NCBI GenBank assembly: GCA_016931055.1
Contig: JAFGFL010000050.1
Location: forward strand, 1,535-65,534
Origin: Candidatus Omnitrophota bacterium
GTDB taxonomy: Bacteria; Omnitrophota; Gorgyraeia; Zapsychrales; Zapsychraceae
Direction of reading: 5' to 3'
DNA: 64,000 nucleotides
In this document: positions 1 through 10,822 of the stretch, one piece after another
How the letters are laid out: each line of letters begins with the position of its first letter
Position numbering within the stretch: the stretch's first letter is position 1
Notes under the pieces: generated by a model
What the model saw: only the letters and a program-made list of their open reading frames with translations
What the model was told of the DNA's origin: nothing
The model's database searches: none
Made by a program: the position numbers and the translations under genes

Positions 1-981
1 CTGGCGCGCCAAGATTTCCGTCGGGGCCATGAAGCACGATTGATAACCGTTTTCATAGGCCATGACGCATCCAAACAGAGCGACCAACGTCTTTCCCGAC
101 CCGACATCTCCCTGCAAAAGCCTGAGCATCGGAGAATCCCTTTGCATGTCAGCGCGGATCTCGCGGATCACTTTCTTCTGCGCCCCGGTCAGCTCAAACG
201 GGAACGCCTTCATGAAACGCAGCGCCGCGGCGTCGCTGATCTTATGCGCAACTCCTTTCTTATGCGTAATGCTCAAACGCCTTAAAATAATGGAGATCTG
301 GAAGAAATAGAACTCCTCGAACGAAATGCGGTTGAGGGCTTCTTCCTGGTCCTCAAAACTTTCGGGGAAATGAATGTTGCTGATGCTGCGCCTGATATTG
401 GACAAACGGTGTTTATTGCGCAAAGCGACCGGAAGGTCATCGGAAAGCTGGTCTTTATATTTCTCCAGTGACGCTTTGATGGTCTTGCGCAGATAACGCT
501 GGGTGAACCCCCTCGTGAGGGAATAAATCGGCACGATCCTCCTTAAGTTCAGGCTTTCATCTTCCTCATTCTCGAGGATTTCATACTCAGGGGCAACCAT
601 CTGCAGCCGGTTTTTGTACACGTCGACTTTTCCGTAGCAGACGACTCGTTTGCCTTCCGAAAAGTAACGGTCCAAATAAGGCTGATTGAACCAGACGCAG
701 GAGATCCTTCCGGAACCGTCATCCATGGTCATCTCGGAGACATGTTTCTTTGTATACCAGCTGCGGCGGGAATCTTTGGCAAGGATCTTGCCGCTGACGG
801 TCTGCCATTGCCCCACTTTGACCTGGGCGACCGGCGTCAGGTTCCTGCGGTCCTGATAGCGACGGGGGAAAAAATACAATAAATCCGCGACGCTCCCGAC
901 TCCCAAGCGCGCAAACAGTTTCTTCCTGGCCGGACCGACACCTTTGACATATTGGACAGAGATATCCTCGAGAAATGGCAT
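1..981 (-). CDS. recG: ATP-dependent DNA helicase RecG, N-terminal ~327 codons (3' part lies beyond the left window edge)
   Basis: Absent from the ORF track because it runs off the window. Manual reverse translation from ATG at 981-979 gives MPFLEDISVQYVKGVGPARKKLFARLGVGSVADLLYFFPRRYQDRR... (RecG-type N-terminus). It reaches base 1 in frame as ...LLQGDVGSGKTLVALFGCVMAYENGYQSCFMAPTEILARQ (helicase motif I, GSGKT). Confidence 0.85.
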   Translation of the reverse strand, partial: MPFLEDISVQYVKGVGPARKKLFARLGVGSVADLLYFFPRRYQDRRNLTPVAQVKVGQWQTVSGKILAKDSRRSWYTKKHVSEMTMDDGSGRISCVWFNQPYLDRYFSEGKRVVCYGKVDVYKNRLQMVAPEYEILENEEDESLNLRRIVPIYSLTRGFTQRYLRKTIKASLEKYKDQLSDDLPVALRNKHRLSNIRRSISNIHFPESFEDQEEALNRISFEEFYFFQISIILRRLSITHKKGVAHKISDAAALRFMKAFPFELTGAQKKVIREIRADMQRDSPMLRLLQGDVGSGKTLVALFGCVMAYENGYQSCFMAPTEILARQ

Positions 982-1008
982 GATGGGGTTGTTTATTATT
1001 ATCTTTGG

Positions 1009-1115
1009 GTAGGGGCGCCGCTTGCGGGCGCCCATTTATCCATTCGGGCAGGCGTACACCCTCCGGGTGCGATTCGCCTCAAGCTCATCGACATCTCATC
1101 GAAGCCTGCCCCTAC
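1009..1115. repeat. GC-rich nested-hairpin element with terminal inverted repeats (REP/MITE-like)
   Basis: Starts GTAGGGGC and ends GCCCCTAC. Internal hairpins are GGGCGCC-gcttgcg-GGCGCCC and CACCC-tcc-GGGTG, and GGCAGGC (about 1047) pairs with GCCTGCC (about 1104). It lies in the recG / 1184-1582 intergenic gap and produces the spurious ORF 952-1206. Confidence 0.5.
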
Positions 1116-1122
1116 ATTCAAT

Positions 1123-1154
1123 AAAAAAAGACAAGGTTTATTCTACCTTGTCTT
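1123..1154 (-). terminator. Rho-independent terminator of the 1184-1582 gene
   Basis: Minus strand reads AAGACAAGG-tagaataaa-CCTTGTCTT followed by TTTTTAT, about 30 nt after the stop codon. Confidence 0.6.
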
Positions 1155-1183
1155 AACTGTTTTGTCTACATCCCCTACCCTGT

Positions 1184-1582
1184 TTACATCGAACGCATCC
1201 GGCTGATCTTTTTGGCCAACTGCTTGCGGTAACCGGAATCAAAGACCTCTTCAAAATTGTACCCGTTCCTGAATTCTTCTATATTGTCATCTTCGGTCTT
1301 GCTCAAGACCTGGTTTTCAACCAGATTAAAGACAATATTCCCAAAATCTTCCGTATTCTTGATCCCCCAGTGACGAAGAACGCTCATTGTCATCGGGCCG
1401 AATTTATCCAGAAGAAGCTCCCGCATGCCCTGCAGCATCTCCTCTCCCCGGACATGCTTGGGACGTTTAAATTTCTTCTGGGTATAGGCCAAGGCTTCCA
1501 TGACAAAGACATACGCGTCTTCCCGGTAACGGCAATCTTTCTCGTAAATATTCTCTAAGATGATTTCGAACTTTCTATTCAT
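1184..1582 (-). CDS. Conserved hypothetical protein (132 aa)
   Basis: Complete ORF with its own terminator. From memory, the sequence style (IYEKDCRYREDAYVFVMEALAYTQKK...) resembles the small Minf_1886-type proteins of Planctomycetes/Verrucomicrobia. Not verified. Confidence 0.6.
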   Translation of the reverse strand: MNRKFEIILENIYEKDCRYREDAYVFVMEALAYTQKKFKRPKHVRGEEMLQGMRELLLDKFGPMTMSVLRHWGIKNTEDFGNIVFNLVENQVLSKTEDDNIEEFRNGYNFEEVFDSGYRKQLAKKISRMRSM

Positions 1583-1639
1583 GACATTTTTATATTATCA
1601 TAACACCGGCCGAAAAATCAAAGCATTTTCGCTAAATTT

Positions 1640-2122
1640 GTGCGTGCGTTCTCTGCAAATCTTTGGCATAATAACCGCATGCCTCCAAGACATCCCTGGA
1701 TCTGGAAGACATACCTGATCATCGCGCTGGTGTTCACGTTTAAGAATGTCGCCGGCCTTTTCATGCCGGACTCAGAAAGTTTTCTTTATTACCTGATCCT
1801 CCGGGTATTTCACCCTTTTTTCTACATCATTTATACCTCGCATGTCCTGCAGGTCCTTTTGGGCGCCATCCACTGCATACCGCTATTTTTATACACTTAT
1901 CGCATTCGTTTTTTATCCGCCGATTTTTGGAAAGCCTTGTTCATTCTCCGGTGTATTTTTGACGTTACGGGACATTCCTTTGAATTGAATTCCCTTATTT
2001 CCGTGTACCAGAGCAAGCCGCAACTCTTCTGGTCAGTCTTGGCCATCTTCGTCATCCCGCACATCCCGTCCTACCTGGCATGCTATTGGTATGCGTTCCA
2101 ACAAGAAAAAGTATTCTCTTAA
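1640..2122 (+). CDS. Hypothetical integral membrane protein (about 4 TM)
   Basis: The only convincing plus-strand gene in the window. It has hydrophobic helices (YLIIALVFTF, VLLGAIHCIPLFLY, VLAIFVIPHIPSYLACYWY). The track start at 1640 is GTG; ATG at 1679 (MPPRHPWIWK) is an equally plausible start. Confidence 0.5.
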   Translation: MRAFSANLWHNNRMPPRHPWIWKTYLIIALVFTFKNVAGLFMPDSESFLYYLILRVFHPFFYIIYTSHVLQVLLGAIHCIPLFLYTYRIRFLSADFWKALFILRCIFDVTGHSFELNSLISVYQSKPQLFWSVLAIFVIPHIPSYLACYWYAFQQEKVFS

Positions 2123-2144
2123 CGATGCGCTGGCCGAGAGCCGG

Positions 2145-3350
2145 TCATGTTTTCCATCGAAAAAGGCGGGCGGCCGTCCCTTTGGCAAAACGGGACGTGT
2201 CTGCCGGAAGTTCAACAAATCCGTCGGTTTTTGCCAAAACGGCATAATCGCCGGAATTGTGGGGCATCTGAGGAACCGCTATAAGGCGGGCATCTTCGCC
2301 ACTTATGATTTTCACGGGAAGAAAATAGACACGGTCTGTCTTGACATCAACATCCTTGTCCAAAACCGCAAATTCCTTTTCTCTTTCATGAGCGCCGGAG
2401 GCCCTTTCCAGATAAGGAAGCACATACCGGCAGATCCCGACCTGGGTGGACACCGGATTGCCCGGAAGCCCGAAAACAGGCTTGCCCTCAACGCTTTTTC
2501 CAAACCAGAACGGCTTGCCGGGACGCTGTTTAACCTGATGGAACAATCTCTGGACGCCGATGTCAGCAAGCGCTTCGGGAACATAGTCAAATTCTCCCAT
2601 GGAAACACCGCCGCTTAAGACGATAACATCAAATGCCTCAAGCAGTTTTGTAAGCTGTTTTCTGATTTCATCTTTATGATCCCTGATATGGAAGCGGTCC
2701 ACATGATCATAACCGGCCAGTTTCAAAGCTGCCTGAATGGCAAAGGCATTGGATTGCCGGATCTGTTGGGGCCCCACTCCTTTTTGGACATCGACGACCT
2801 CATCGCCGGTTCCGACTGCGGCGATTTTGGGACTTGCCGCAACAAGGACTTCGGTCTTCCCTATGGATGCGGCAATGGCAACCTCTGCCGCCAACAACCG
2901 GTCCCCTTTCTCAACAAGAAGAGTGCCGCGCGGACAATCGGAGGCTTGATGATGCACGAATTGCCTCCGGTTTAATATGACGCCCTTGCGGAGATCAGCC
3001 CGTCCGTTATCTAGCTCAATATCTTCATAAGGAACCACGCAATCGCACCCATCCGGCAAAACAGCCCCGGTCATCACCTCAAGGCAGGTATTGGGATCCT
3101 TTAACTTTAAGGGCGAAGTCCCTGCTTTTTGTGTCCCTTTAACGGAAAATGCCCTATTTCCTTTTTCCCACGCATCGTAACGAATACTAATCCCGTCCAT
3201 TGTCACGCGGTCAAAAGGAGGAAGGTCCCTGTCCGCAATGAGGTCCTCCTGTAAAACCATCCCGTACGCATCCTGCAGGGGGATCCGGACAGGCTGGAAT
3301 TTTTTGATGTTCACAGATATTATGTTATCGGCTTCTTCAACGGTAAACAT
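2145..3350 (-). CDS. moeA: Molybdopterin molybdenumtransferase MoeA
   Basis: 401 aa with MoeA-typical N-terminus (LPPFDRVTMDGISIR, TGAVLPDGCDCVVPYED) and a C-terminal GGVSMGEFDYV / PGNPVS motif. It starts 16 nt after the hypE stop. Confidence 0.85.
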   Translation of the reverse strand: MFTVEEADNIISVNIKKFQPVRIPLQDAYGMVLQEDLIADRDLPPFDRVTMDGISIRYDAWEKGNRAFSVKGTQKAGTSPLKLKDPNTCLEVMTGAVLPDGCDCVVPYEDIELDNGRADLRKGVILNRRQFVHHQASDCPRGTLLVEKGDRLLAAEVAIAASIGKTEVLVAASPKIAAVGTGDEVVDVQKGVGPQQIRQSNAFAIQAALKLAGYDHVDRFHIRDHKDEIRKQLTKLLEAFDVIVLSGGVSMGEFDYVPEALADIGVQRLFHQVKQRPGKPFWFGKSVEGKPVFGLPGNPVSTQVGICRYVLPYLERASGAHEREKEFAVLDKDVDVKTDRVYFLPVKIISGEDARLIAVPQMPHNSGDYAVLAKTDGFVELPADTSRFAKGTAARLFRWKT

Positions 3351-3366
3351 TTGTATGATTTGTCTC

Positions 3367-4418
3367 CTAGCAGATCCGCGGCAATTGCTCGCCGCTTAAC
3401 ATATCGATCACACGTGTGGTCCCGATCTTACTTTTCATCGTGACAAGAGCTTCTCCCTCACCGATTACCTCACCGACCAGGCAGGCCCCTTTTCCCATCG
3501 AATGTTTTTTCATGACCGCGAGGGCTTTCTCTTTATCTTTCTTGGGAATAAAAGCGGCGAACCGGCCTTCATTGGCGACATAAAGCGGATCGAATCCCAG
3601 GATTTCGCAAGCCGCCGCCACGTCTTCCCGAACGGGGATAGATAATTCATCGATCCTTATTTCCACTTTAGCCGCCATCGCAATCTCATTGAGCGTACTG
3701 GCGAGCCCGCCTCTGGTGAGGTCCCGCAAACAATGGATTTCAATGCCCTCATTCAACAATGTCAAGACGATGTTTGCCAAAGGAGCCGTGTCGCTCTCGA
3801 TCGCGCTTTCAAATTCCAATCCTTCACGCACAGTCATCACCGCCATGCCGTGCCGGGCAATATCTCCGTTTAACAGAATGACATCCCCTTTCTTCACGCT
3901 CGAGGGATGGATATTGAGATGATGTTCCATTAATCCGACGCCGGCCGTATTGATAAAGACCCCGTCTCCTTTGCCCCTGTCAACGACTTTCGTGTCTCCC
4001 GTCACAATGCGCACTGAGGCTTCGTCAGCCGCTTGCTTAATCGACCGGACGATCTGCCAAAGCGTTTCCATGGGAAGCCCTTCTTCCAGGATGAACCCGA
4101 GACTTAGATAAACCGGCCGCGCGCCGGACATCGCCAGGTCATTGACGGTACCAAAAACGGCCAACTTGCCGATATCGCCGCCCGGAAAAATTAGGGGCTG
4201 CACCACATAGGAATCGGTCGTAAACGCGATCCTTTCTGTCGAGCAATTCAGGACGGCGGAATCATGGCTATTGACCGTGTCATTCGGCACAAAGACCTCC
4301 TTGAACATCCTCTCGATCATTTCATGCATGAGTTTTCCGCCTCCACCGTGCGCCAAGAGGACATACGGGTAATCCTTGATCGGGACCGGACAAGACATCG
4401 TAAAATCGTTTCTTTTCT

Positions 4419-4422
<4 letters not shown>
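3367..4422 (-). CDS. hypE: Hydrogenase maturation protein HypE
   Basis: AIR-synthase-like fold ending in the diagnostic C-terminal PRIC. I place the start at the internal MKKRNDF Met (ATG 4422-4420), which forms an ATGA overlap with the hypD stop. The track ORF to 4530 is an artefactual extension. Confidence 0.9.
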
Positions 4423-5761
<1,339 letters not shown>

Positions 5762-5792
5762 ATTTTCTAATTCCTTGTTTGTGCATCCCACA

Positions 5793-8123
5793 TCATAATA
5801 AGGCTACTTGGCTATGTTCTTTTTCCGCGATCCGATGGGCTGCGCAGACCGCCTGCCCCAAAGATATCCCGCCGTCGTTCGGCGGGACTAACTGGTGCCA
5901 ATAGACGTTGAATCCCGCGCTTTTTAAGCGGCTGATCATCCGTTCGGTCAAATATTTGTTCTGGAAACATCCGCCGCTTAGAACGACTCTGGGCTCGCCG
6001 ATTTTCCGCGCAACATCAACCGCCATTTCAACAAGCGTATTATGGAATTCCGCCGATATGATTTTCTTGTCTTTGCCGTCACGGACATCTTGAATGATGT
6101 CATGGACCATGGCCGTCCAGTCCGCCACATAACCTAGAGCCTCATTGCCAGGGACAGCAAAATCATAATGGTTATGAATGACCGTATCCCCGATCATATA
6201 TTCCAGGCCCATGGCCGCCTGCCCTTCAAAACGCAGGGTCTGTTTGATATCCAAGAAGGAAGCAACCGCGTCAAATAAACGCCCGACGCTTGACGTCGCT
6301 GGGGCATTGAGCTTTTTATCCAGCATGTTCTTCAGGACAGCCAGTTCCTCGCGAGAAAACGCCCTGATCGATGCCAAATCGGAATACCCTTCAAAAGTCC
6401 CGTTTGAAAGATCGTAAAGGATCGATGCGGCAACCCTGCGCGGCTCAACAGCGGCTTTATCCCCGCCGGGAAGCAGGAAGGTCTTCAGATGCGCCACACG
6501 CCGGTAATCGTTCAAATCTGCTTTTAAGAACTCCCCGCCCCACACCGTTTGATCATCTCCATATCCCGCGCCGTCCCAGGCGATGCCAAGCACGGTCCCC
6601 TCCAATTGATTTTCCGCCATGCACGAAACAATGTGGGCATGATGATGCTGCACTTTCATAAGCGGGAGTTTTGTGTTCTCTGCAAACTTTGTGGAAAGAT
6701 AGTCCGGGTGCATATCACACACAATCGTATCCGGGGAAGACTCATAGAGATTTTTAAGGCTTTCCGATGTTTTCTGGAATGCCGATAACGATTGCTGCGT
6801 CTCTAGGTCTCCGATATGTTGGCTCATAAAAACATTGCCGTTTACACTTAAAGCGACTGTATTCTTCAGATGGCCACCTGTCGCCAGAATATCCGCTCCT
6901 TTTGTCATTGTCATAACAGGCAACGGCGCGTATCCGCGGGCGCGCCGCAACACATACGGCCTTTCCATAATGACCCGAACGACCGAATCATCAATGCTTC
7001 GGACGATGGGACGGTCATGGACAAGGAAACAATCAGCGATCCCGCCAAGCCTTTGCAAAGCCTCATCCTCATTGATACAAATCGGTTCTTCGGCGAGATT
7101 GCCGCTCGTCGCGACAACAGCCTTCCCCAGTTCCCTCATCAGAAGATGGTGCAGGGGGCTGTAAGGAAGCATCGCGCCTAAGCAAGGGTTCCCTGGTGCA
7201 ACAGAAGGCGCGATCGCCCTAGATGGATCAGCATCCTTCCTTTTGGCTAATAAAACAATGGGGCTTTCGCTGGCCCCTAAGATCGCCCTCTCTTGGGGCG
7301 CGACTTCACAACATCTCTCAATCCATTCCATTGACGGGAACATCAAGGCAAACGGTTTTTCTTCGCGATGTTTTCTCTCGCGTAAACGGCGCACCGCTTG
7401 CTCATTGTGGGCATCCACAACCAAGTGAAAACCGCCGATCCCTTTAACCGCGACAATCTTCCCTTCCTCAATAGCATTGACCGCAGCCGTAATGGCCTCC
7501 CGACGGGAGCCCATGACATGACCGGCAATGTCCCATAATTCCACATGAGGGCCGCACTGCGGGCACGCGTTAGGCTGGGCATGAAAGCGGCGATCGGACG
7601 GGTCTTCATATTCCCTCCGGCACTTCGGGCACATGTGAAACCTTTTCATGGTTGTGTTGGCCCGGTCATACGGCAGCGCATCAATAATTGAATAGCGGGG
7701 GCCGCAATGGGTGCAGTTCGTGAACGGATACAAAAAGCGGCGGTTGGTCGGATCAAAAATCTCTTTCAGGCATTCCGGACACGTTGCCGCATCCGGCAGG
7801 ACAACGGCTGTTTTCAAGTCCGCCGGATCGCTTTCTTTAATCTGAAACTCATTGAAACCCAACGGGTCGAGAAAACGATATTGATAGCCCTGGATAAAAC
7901 TGTTTTCGGGTTTCTCTATCGGAATACGCTTGAGCAAAGAATCCAGTTGTCCCGCGGGTCCTTCAGCCTCAATCATCACGCCTGAGGAAGTATTACAGAC
8001 GAATCCGGCAAGCCCCAGAGTCTTCGCCAGATGGAAAATAAAAGGGCGGAAACCCACGCCCTGCACGGCCCCGGTCACTTGAATACAAATCCGTTGGAGT
8101 TGCTGTTCGTTATTGGTCTTCAT
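5793..8123 (-). CDS. hypF: Carbamoyltransferase HypF
   Basis: 776 aa. Contains an acylphosphatase domain (VTGAVQGVGFRPF) and two zinc-finger pairs (CPECLKE...CTHCGPRYS; CPKCRREYED...CPQCGP), followed by YrdC-like and Kae1-like domains. Confidence 0.93.
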   Translation of the reverse strand: MKTNNEQQLQRICIQVTGAVQGVGFRPFIFHLAKTLGLAGFVCNTSSGVMIEAEGPAGQLDSLLKRIPIEKPENSFIQGYQYRFLDPLGFNEFQIKESDPADLKTAVVLPDAATCPECLKEIFDPTNRRFLYPFTNCTHCGPRYSIIDALPYDRANTTMKRFHMCPKCRREYEDPSDRRFHAQPNACPQCGPHVELWDIAGHVMGSRREAITAAVNAIEEGKIVAVKGIGGFHLVVDAHNEQAVRRLRERKHREEKPFALMFPSMEWIERCCEVAPQERAILGASESPIVLLAKRKDADPSRAIAPSVAPGNPCLGAMLPYSPLHHLLMRELGKAVVATSGNLAEEPICINEDEALQRLGGIADCFLVHDRPIVRSIDDSVVRVIMERPYVLRRARGYAPLPVMTMTKGADILATGGHLKNTVALSVNGNVFMSQHIGDLETQQSLSAFQKTSESLKNLYESSPDTIVCDMHPDYLSTKFAENTKLPLMKVQHHHAHIVSCMAENQLEGTVLGIAWDGAGYGDDQTVWGGEFLKADLNDYRRVAHLKTFLLPGGDKAAVEPRRVAASILYDLSNGTFEGYSDLASIRAFSREELAVLKNMLDKKLNAPATSSVGRLFDAVASFLDIKQTLRFEGQAAMGLEYMIGDTVIHNHYDFAVPGNEALGYVADWTAMVHDIIQDVRDGKDKKIISAEFHNTLVEMAVDVARKIGEPRVVLSGGCFQNKYLTERMISRLKSAGFNVYWHQLVPPNDGGISLGQAVCAAHRIAEKEHSQVALL

Positions 8124-8214
8124 GGCTTTTTTGCCTGCGTATTTAATCTACGGAATGACAGAAATGGCTTTCTTTGATAGAAATCTTCACAGCAGGGATC
8201 AAACCTTTATCGCC

Positions 8215-8457
8215 TTATTCAATGTCAAACGAAAGGACTTCGATCCTTGAGCCCGGGAAAAAGGTCAACTCAAGCTCGGCATCCTTAAGCATCGTGCCTT
8301 TGGCCAGAACCGAGAACGTTTCTTTAAAAGAGTCCTCTTTGACCCCCATAAACTCGCCGACCTTGAGCCTAATCTTCGACACGCTCCCCGCCCCCTCTTT
8401 TTGGGCATGCTCACTGATACCTTTAATGATCGGTTCTATCAAATGCGTTTCGTGCAC
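8215..8457 (-). CDS. HypA-like protein lacking the zinc-ribbon domain (80 aa)
   Basis: Has the N-terminal MHE nickel-site motif and the HypA alpha/beta core (AQKEGAGSVSKIRLKVGEFMGV). There is no CxxC...CxxC segment: the sequence goes straight from ELELTFFPGS to RIEVLSFDIE. Compare the full-length hypA at 36477-36920. Confidence 0.7.
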   Translation of the reverse strand: MHETHLIEPIIKGISEHAQKEGAGSVSKIRLKVGEFMGVKEDSFKETFSVLAKGTMLKDAELELTFFPGSRIEVLSFDIE

Positions 8458-8470
8458 GGTAAACTTCCTT

Positions 8471-8935
8471 TCAAATTTGACGGCCTAAAACGCTTTCTAT
8501 TTTCTTTGACACTGCTTCAACTGCCGCCAAAACACGGACGGACATCTCTTCCCCCATCGTAAGATTCTCAGGCTGTATGCCTAACAAATAAATATCCGCC
8601 TTTGTCTGAACCTGAAGATACTCGATAAGCATAGCCGGAGATATATCATGCGTCGTAAAACCGCTTTTTATTATATCAGATTTCCCCAGGATTTCATATT
8701 CGCCCGGCGAACGGCCCAGATGCACGGCATCGATGATCAATATCGTGTCAGGGCTTTCTTTGATAATCTTGCCCGTGTAACTTTCCGGCGCATTTCCCGC
8801 GTCGATGCAAACCGCTTTGACGTGTCCCTTTATCCTTTCGATCAGGGCCGGGCCCAACCCGTCATCGGCGCGCAGGACATTGCCGACACCAACACAGACA
8901 ACCTTTCCCTTTAACACTTTGGCAAAGTCTTTCAT
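8471..8935 (-). CDS. [NiFe] hydrogenase maturation endopeptidase (HycI/HyaD family)
   Basis: 154 aa with the VGVGNVLRADDGLGP motif (GxGNxxxxDDGxG) and a family-typical length. Confidence 0.85.
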   Translation of the reverse strand: MKDFAKVLKGKVVCVGVGNVLRADDGLGPALIERIKGHVKAVCIDAGNAPESYTGKIIKESPDTILIIDAVHLGRSPGEYEILGKSDIIKSGFTTHDISPAMLIEYLQVQTKADIYLLGIQPENLTMGEEMSVRVLAAVEAVSKKIESVLGRQI

Positions 8936-8968
8936 GGTCAGTTAAACTGATAAATCGTATTTATTAAG

Positions 8969-9580
8969 TTATTTCGTCGTGAGAGTCGTTTCTCTTCTGC
9001 AGCGCGCGCAAAGCATTTTAACTCGATCGGACCTACCAAAGTCTTTTAACGCCGTCATCATGTTCTCATCGATGACGCCCATATTGTTCAGACCTGATAG
9101 ATATAAGGTGGGACTGGAATATTCGAGCTCACCGATTCTCTCTGAAATCCATTTCAAGTGGTCTTTGCAGGCGATGGGCGCCTTGCAGATCTCGCATAAT
9201 TGAAGCTCTTTTTCGATCGTCTCATAAGACTCTTTCCTGTCAAAAAACGCCAGGTCCCAGTCATTGGACAATTTAATGCCTTCATGGTTGGCAATGCACG
9301 CGGCCTCGCATTCCCCGCAAAAAATGCACGTATCCGTATAATGGATCATGGTCCTTTTCGCCTTGCCATTCTCATCAATCTCATCTTTATGCGCGATGGC
9401 GTAGACAGGGCACACCGCCTCGCAGGCAAGGCAACCGACGCATTTCTGGTCGTTGAATTTCGGCTGGCCCCTGAAATTCGGATGGGCAACATGAGGCTCC
9501 TTGGGAAACTTCGACGTGTACGGCCCTTGGATAAGGGCTTTAATGGCCTCGATAAGTTCTCTGATCTTCGGTAATTTCAT
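8969..9580 (-). CDS. NuoI/MbhN-like 2x[4Fe-4S] subunit with Cys-rich C-terminal extension
   Basis: Contains CVGCLACEAVCP and CIFCGECEAAC motifs, plus extra CEICKAPIAC and CARCRRE motifs in a roughly 70 aa tail. Confidence 0.8.
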   Translation of the reverse strand: MKLPKIRELIEAIKALIQGPYTSKFPKEPHVAHPNFRGQPKFNDQKCVGCLACEAVCPVYAIAHKDEIDENGKAKRTMIHYTDTCIFCGECEAACIANHEGIKLSNDWDLAFFDRKESYETIEKELQLCEICKAPIACKDHLKWISERIGELEYSSPTLYLSGLNNMGVIDENMMTALKDFGRSDRVKMLCARCRRETTLTTK

Positions 9581-9588
9581 TGATCGAT

Positions 9589-9918
9589 TTATCCCTTTCC
9601 ATCCTCGGCATACCGGTCAATCACACTGCCTTCCCAAAGTTTAACGCCGGACTTGTGCGCGCCGCGGGCAATGGCATGCGCCGCCACAGGAGTCGTTAAG
9701 AGAAGAAACACAATGCACAACAGCGCTTTTATGCCGGTTGTCGTTAATCCCACAATAAGAAATGCCCCAAACAAAATACTGCAGGTTCCCATGGTAACGC
9801 ATTTGGTGGCCGCTTGCAGGCGATTATACACATCCGGAAGCCGCAACACGCCCAGACATCCAAACGCATCAAAGGCAAGACCGATGACAATGAATATAAG
9901 ACCTATCGTATCAACCAT
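9589..9918 (-). CDS. MrpG/MnhG-like (MbhC-like) antiporter subunit
   Basis: 109 aa with 3 TM and the LGVLRLPDVYNRLQAATK motif typical of MnhG/PhaG. Confidence 0.8.
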   Translation of the reverse strand: MVDTIGLIFIVIGLAFDAFGCLGVLRLPDVYNRLQAATKCVTMGTCSILFGAFLIVGLTTTGIKALLCIVFLLLTTPVAAHAIARGAHKSGVKLWEGSVIDRYAEDGKG

Positions 9919-9942
9919 CTGTTGTCTCCGTAATCTGTTCGT

Positions 9943-10311
9943 CTATTCATCAAAGCTTCTGCCTTCCAGGAATTTTGAGAACGCCAATACGCTGATGAAA
10001 CTCTGCAAGGCCCAGGCCATGGCGATATCCAAATACCATGTCCTTCCCGTCGAAATCGTTAATATCGAACACAACCCTATGATCAGGATGCCCAAAATGT
10101 CGATCGCCACGATCCTGTCCGCGCCGGTCGGCCCCAAAAATACCCTCCAAATACACATTGTCCCGGCAAGGAGGATCACATAAAGAGCCCGGCTTAAAAA
10201 GGTAAAGTACGGCAGGCCGGGAGGCGAGAGAAATTGCATGTGCCCACCCATGATATAAACAAGAATCGAAATTAATATGACCGCCCCGATGACCCACCTG
10301 ATGATTTTCAT
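9943..10311 (-). CDS. MrpF/MnhF-like (MbhB-like) antiporter subunit
   Basis: Small 3-TM protein with a GPTGADRIVAIDILG segment typical of MnhF. The start may be internal. Confidence 0.7.
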   Translation of the reverse strand: MKIIRWVIGAVILISILVYIMGGHMQFLSPPGLPYFTFLSRALYVILLAGTMCIWRVFLGPTGADRIVAIDILGILIIGLCSILTISTGRTWYLDIAMAWALQSFISVLAFSKFLEGRSFDE

Positions 10312-10321
10312 AACCTAACCC

Positions 10322-10822
10322 CTATTCAAATACTTCTTTTAGGATATTCTCAAACCGCTGCACAATCTCTCTTGTCGCCGACTCAACATCTTTTCCCTTG
10401 ACATTGATCGAGTGAACATACAAAACGCCCTCTTCTTCATCAATATCGACCGTCATCGTCCCCGGCGTCAGCGTGATCGAGTTGGCCAAAAACGTCAATG
10501 CCGTATCCGATTTCAATGTCGTCTTCACTTTGACAATCCCCGGATTGATCGGAAGATTGGGATGAAGCACGCGATAGGCGACATCGATATTGGCCTTGAT
10601 GACCTCTATTATAAACATCGGCACATAATGGAATACAAAGTAAAAATAACGCCGGTGGTGCTTGAGCACATAGGCCCTCTGAATGAACAAGTCCCCGGTC
10701 AGCCATGAGACTAACGCAGCCGAAAAAACACCGACGATCACATGCTGCCAATCAGGCACCCAGTTTAAAAGGCACCAAACAATCAACGCCATAACAAATA
10801 GGATCAGTCGTCTTTTTACCAT
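10322..10822 (-). CDS. MrpE/MnhE-like (MbhA-like) antiporter subunit
   Basis: 166 aa with two N-terminal TM helices and a soluble C-terminal domain. Its position and architecture match MnhE. Confidence 0.7.
   Translation of the reverse strand: MVKRRLILFVMALIVWCLLNWVPDWQHVIVGVFSAALVSWLTGDLFIQRAYVLKHHRRYFYFVFHYVPMFIIEVIKANIDVAYRVLHPNLPINPGIVKVKTTLKSDTALTFLANSITLTPGTMTVDIDEEEGVLYVHSINVKGKDVESATREIVQRFENILKEVFE

Noticed and set aside
2145-3350. moeA as a functional part of hydrogenase maturation, because it follows hypE by 16 nt.
   Set aside because: MoeA has a well-established role in molybdenum cofactor synthesis. Co-transcription with hyp genes is more simply explained by operon packing, or by a link to a Mo/W enzyme encoded elsewhere. 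Nothing in the sequence suggests a changed function.
8174-8488. 104-aa plus-strand ORF covering the mini-hypA locus.
   Set aside because: It is antisense to an ORF with clear HypA homology (MHE start, conserved core). It is Ser-rich with no motif.
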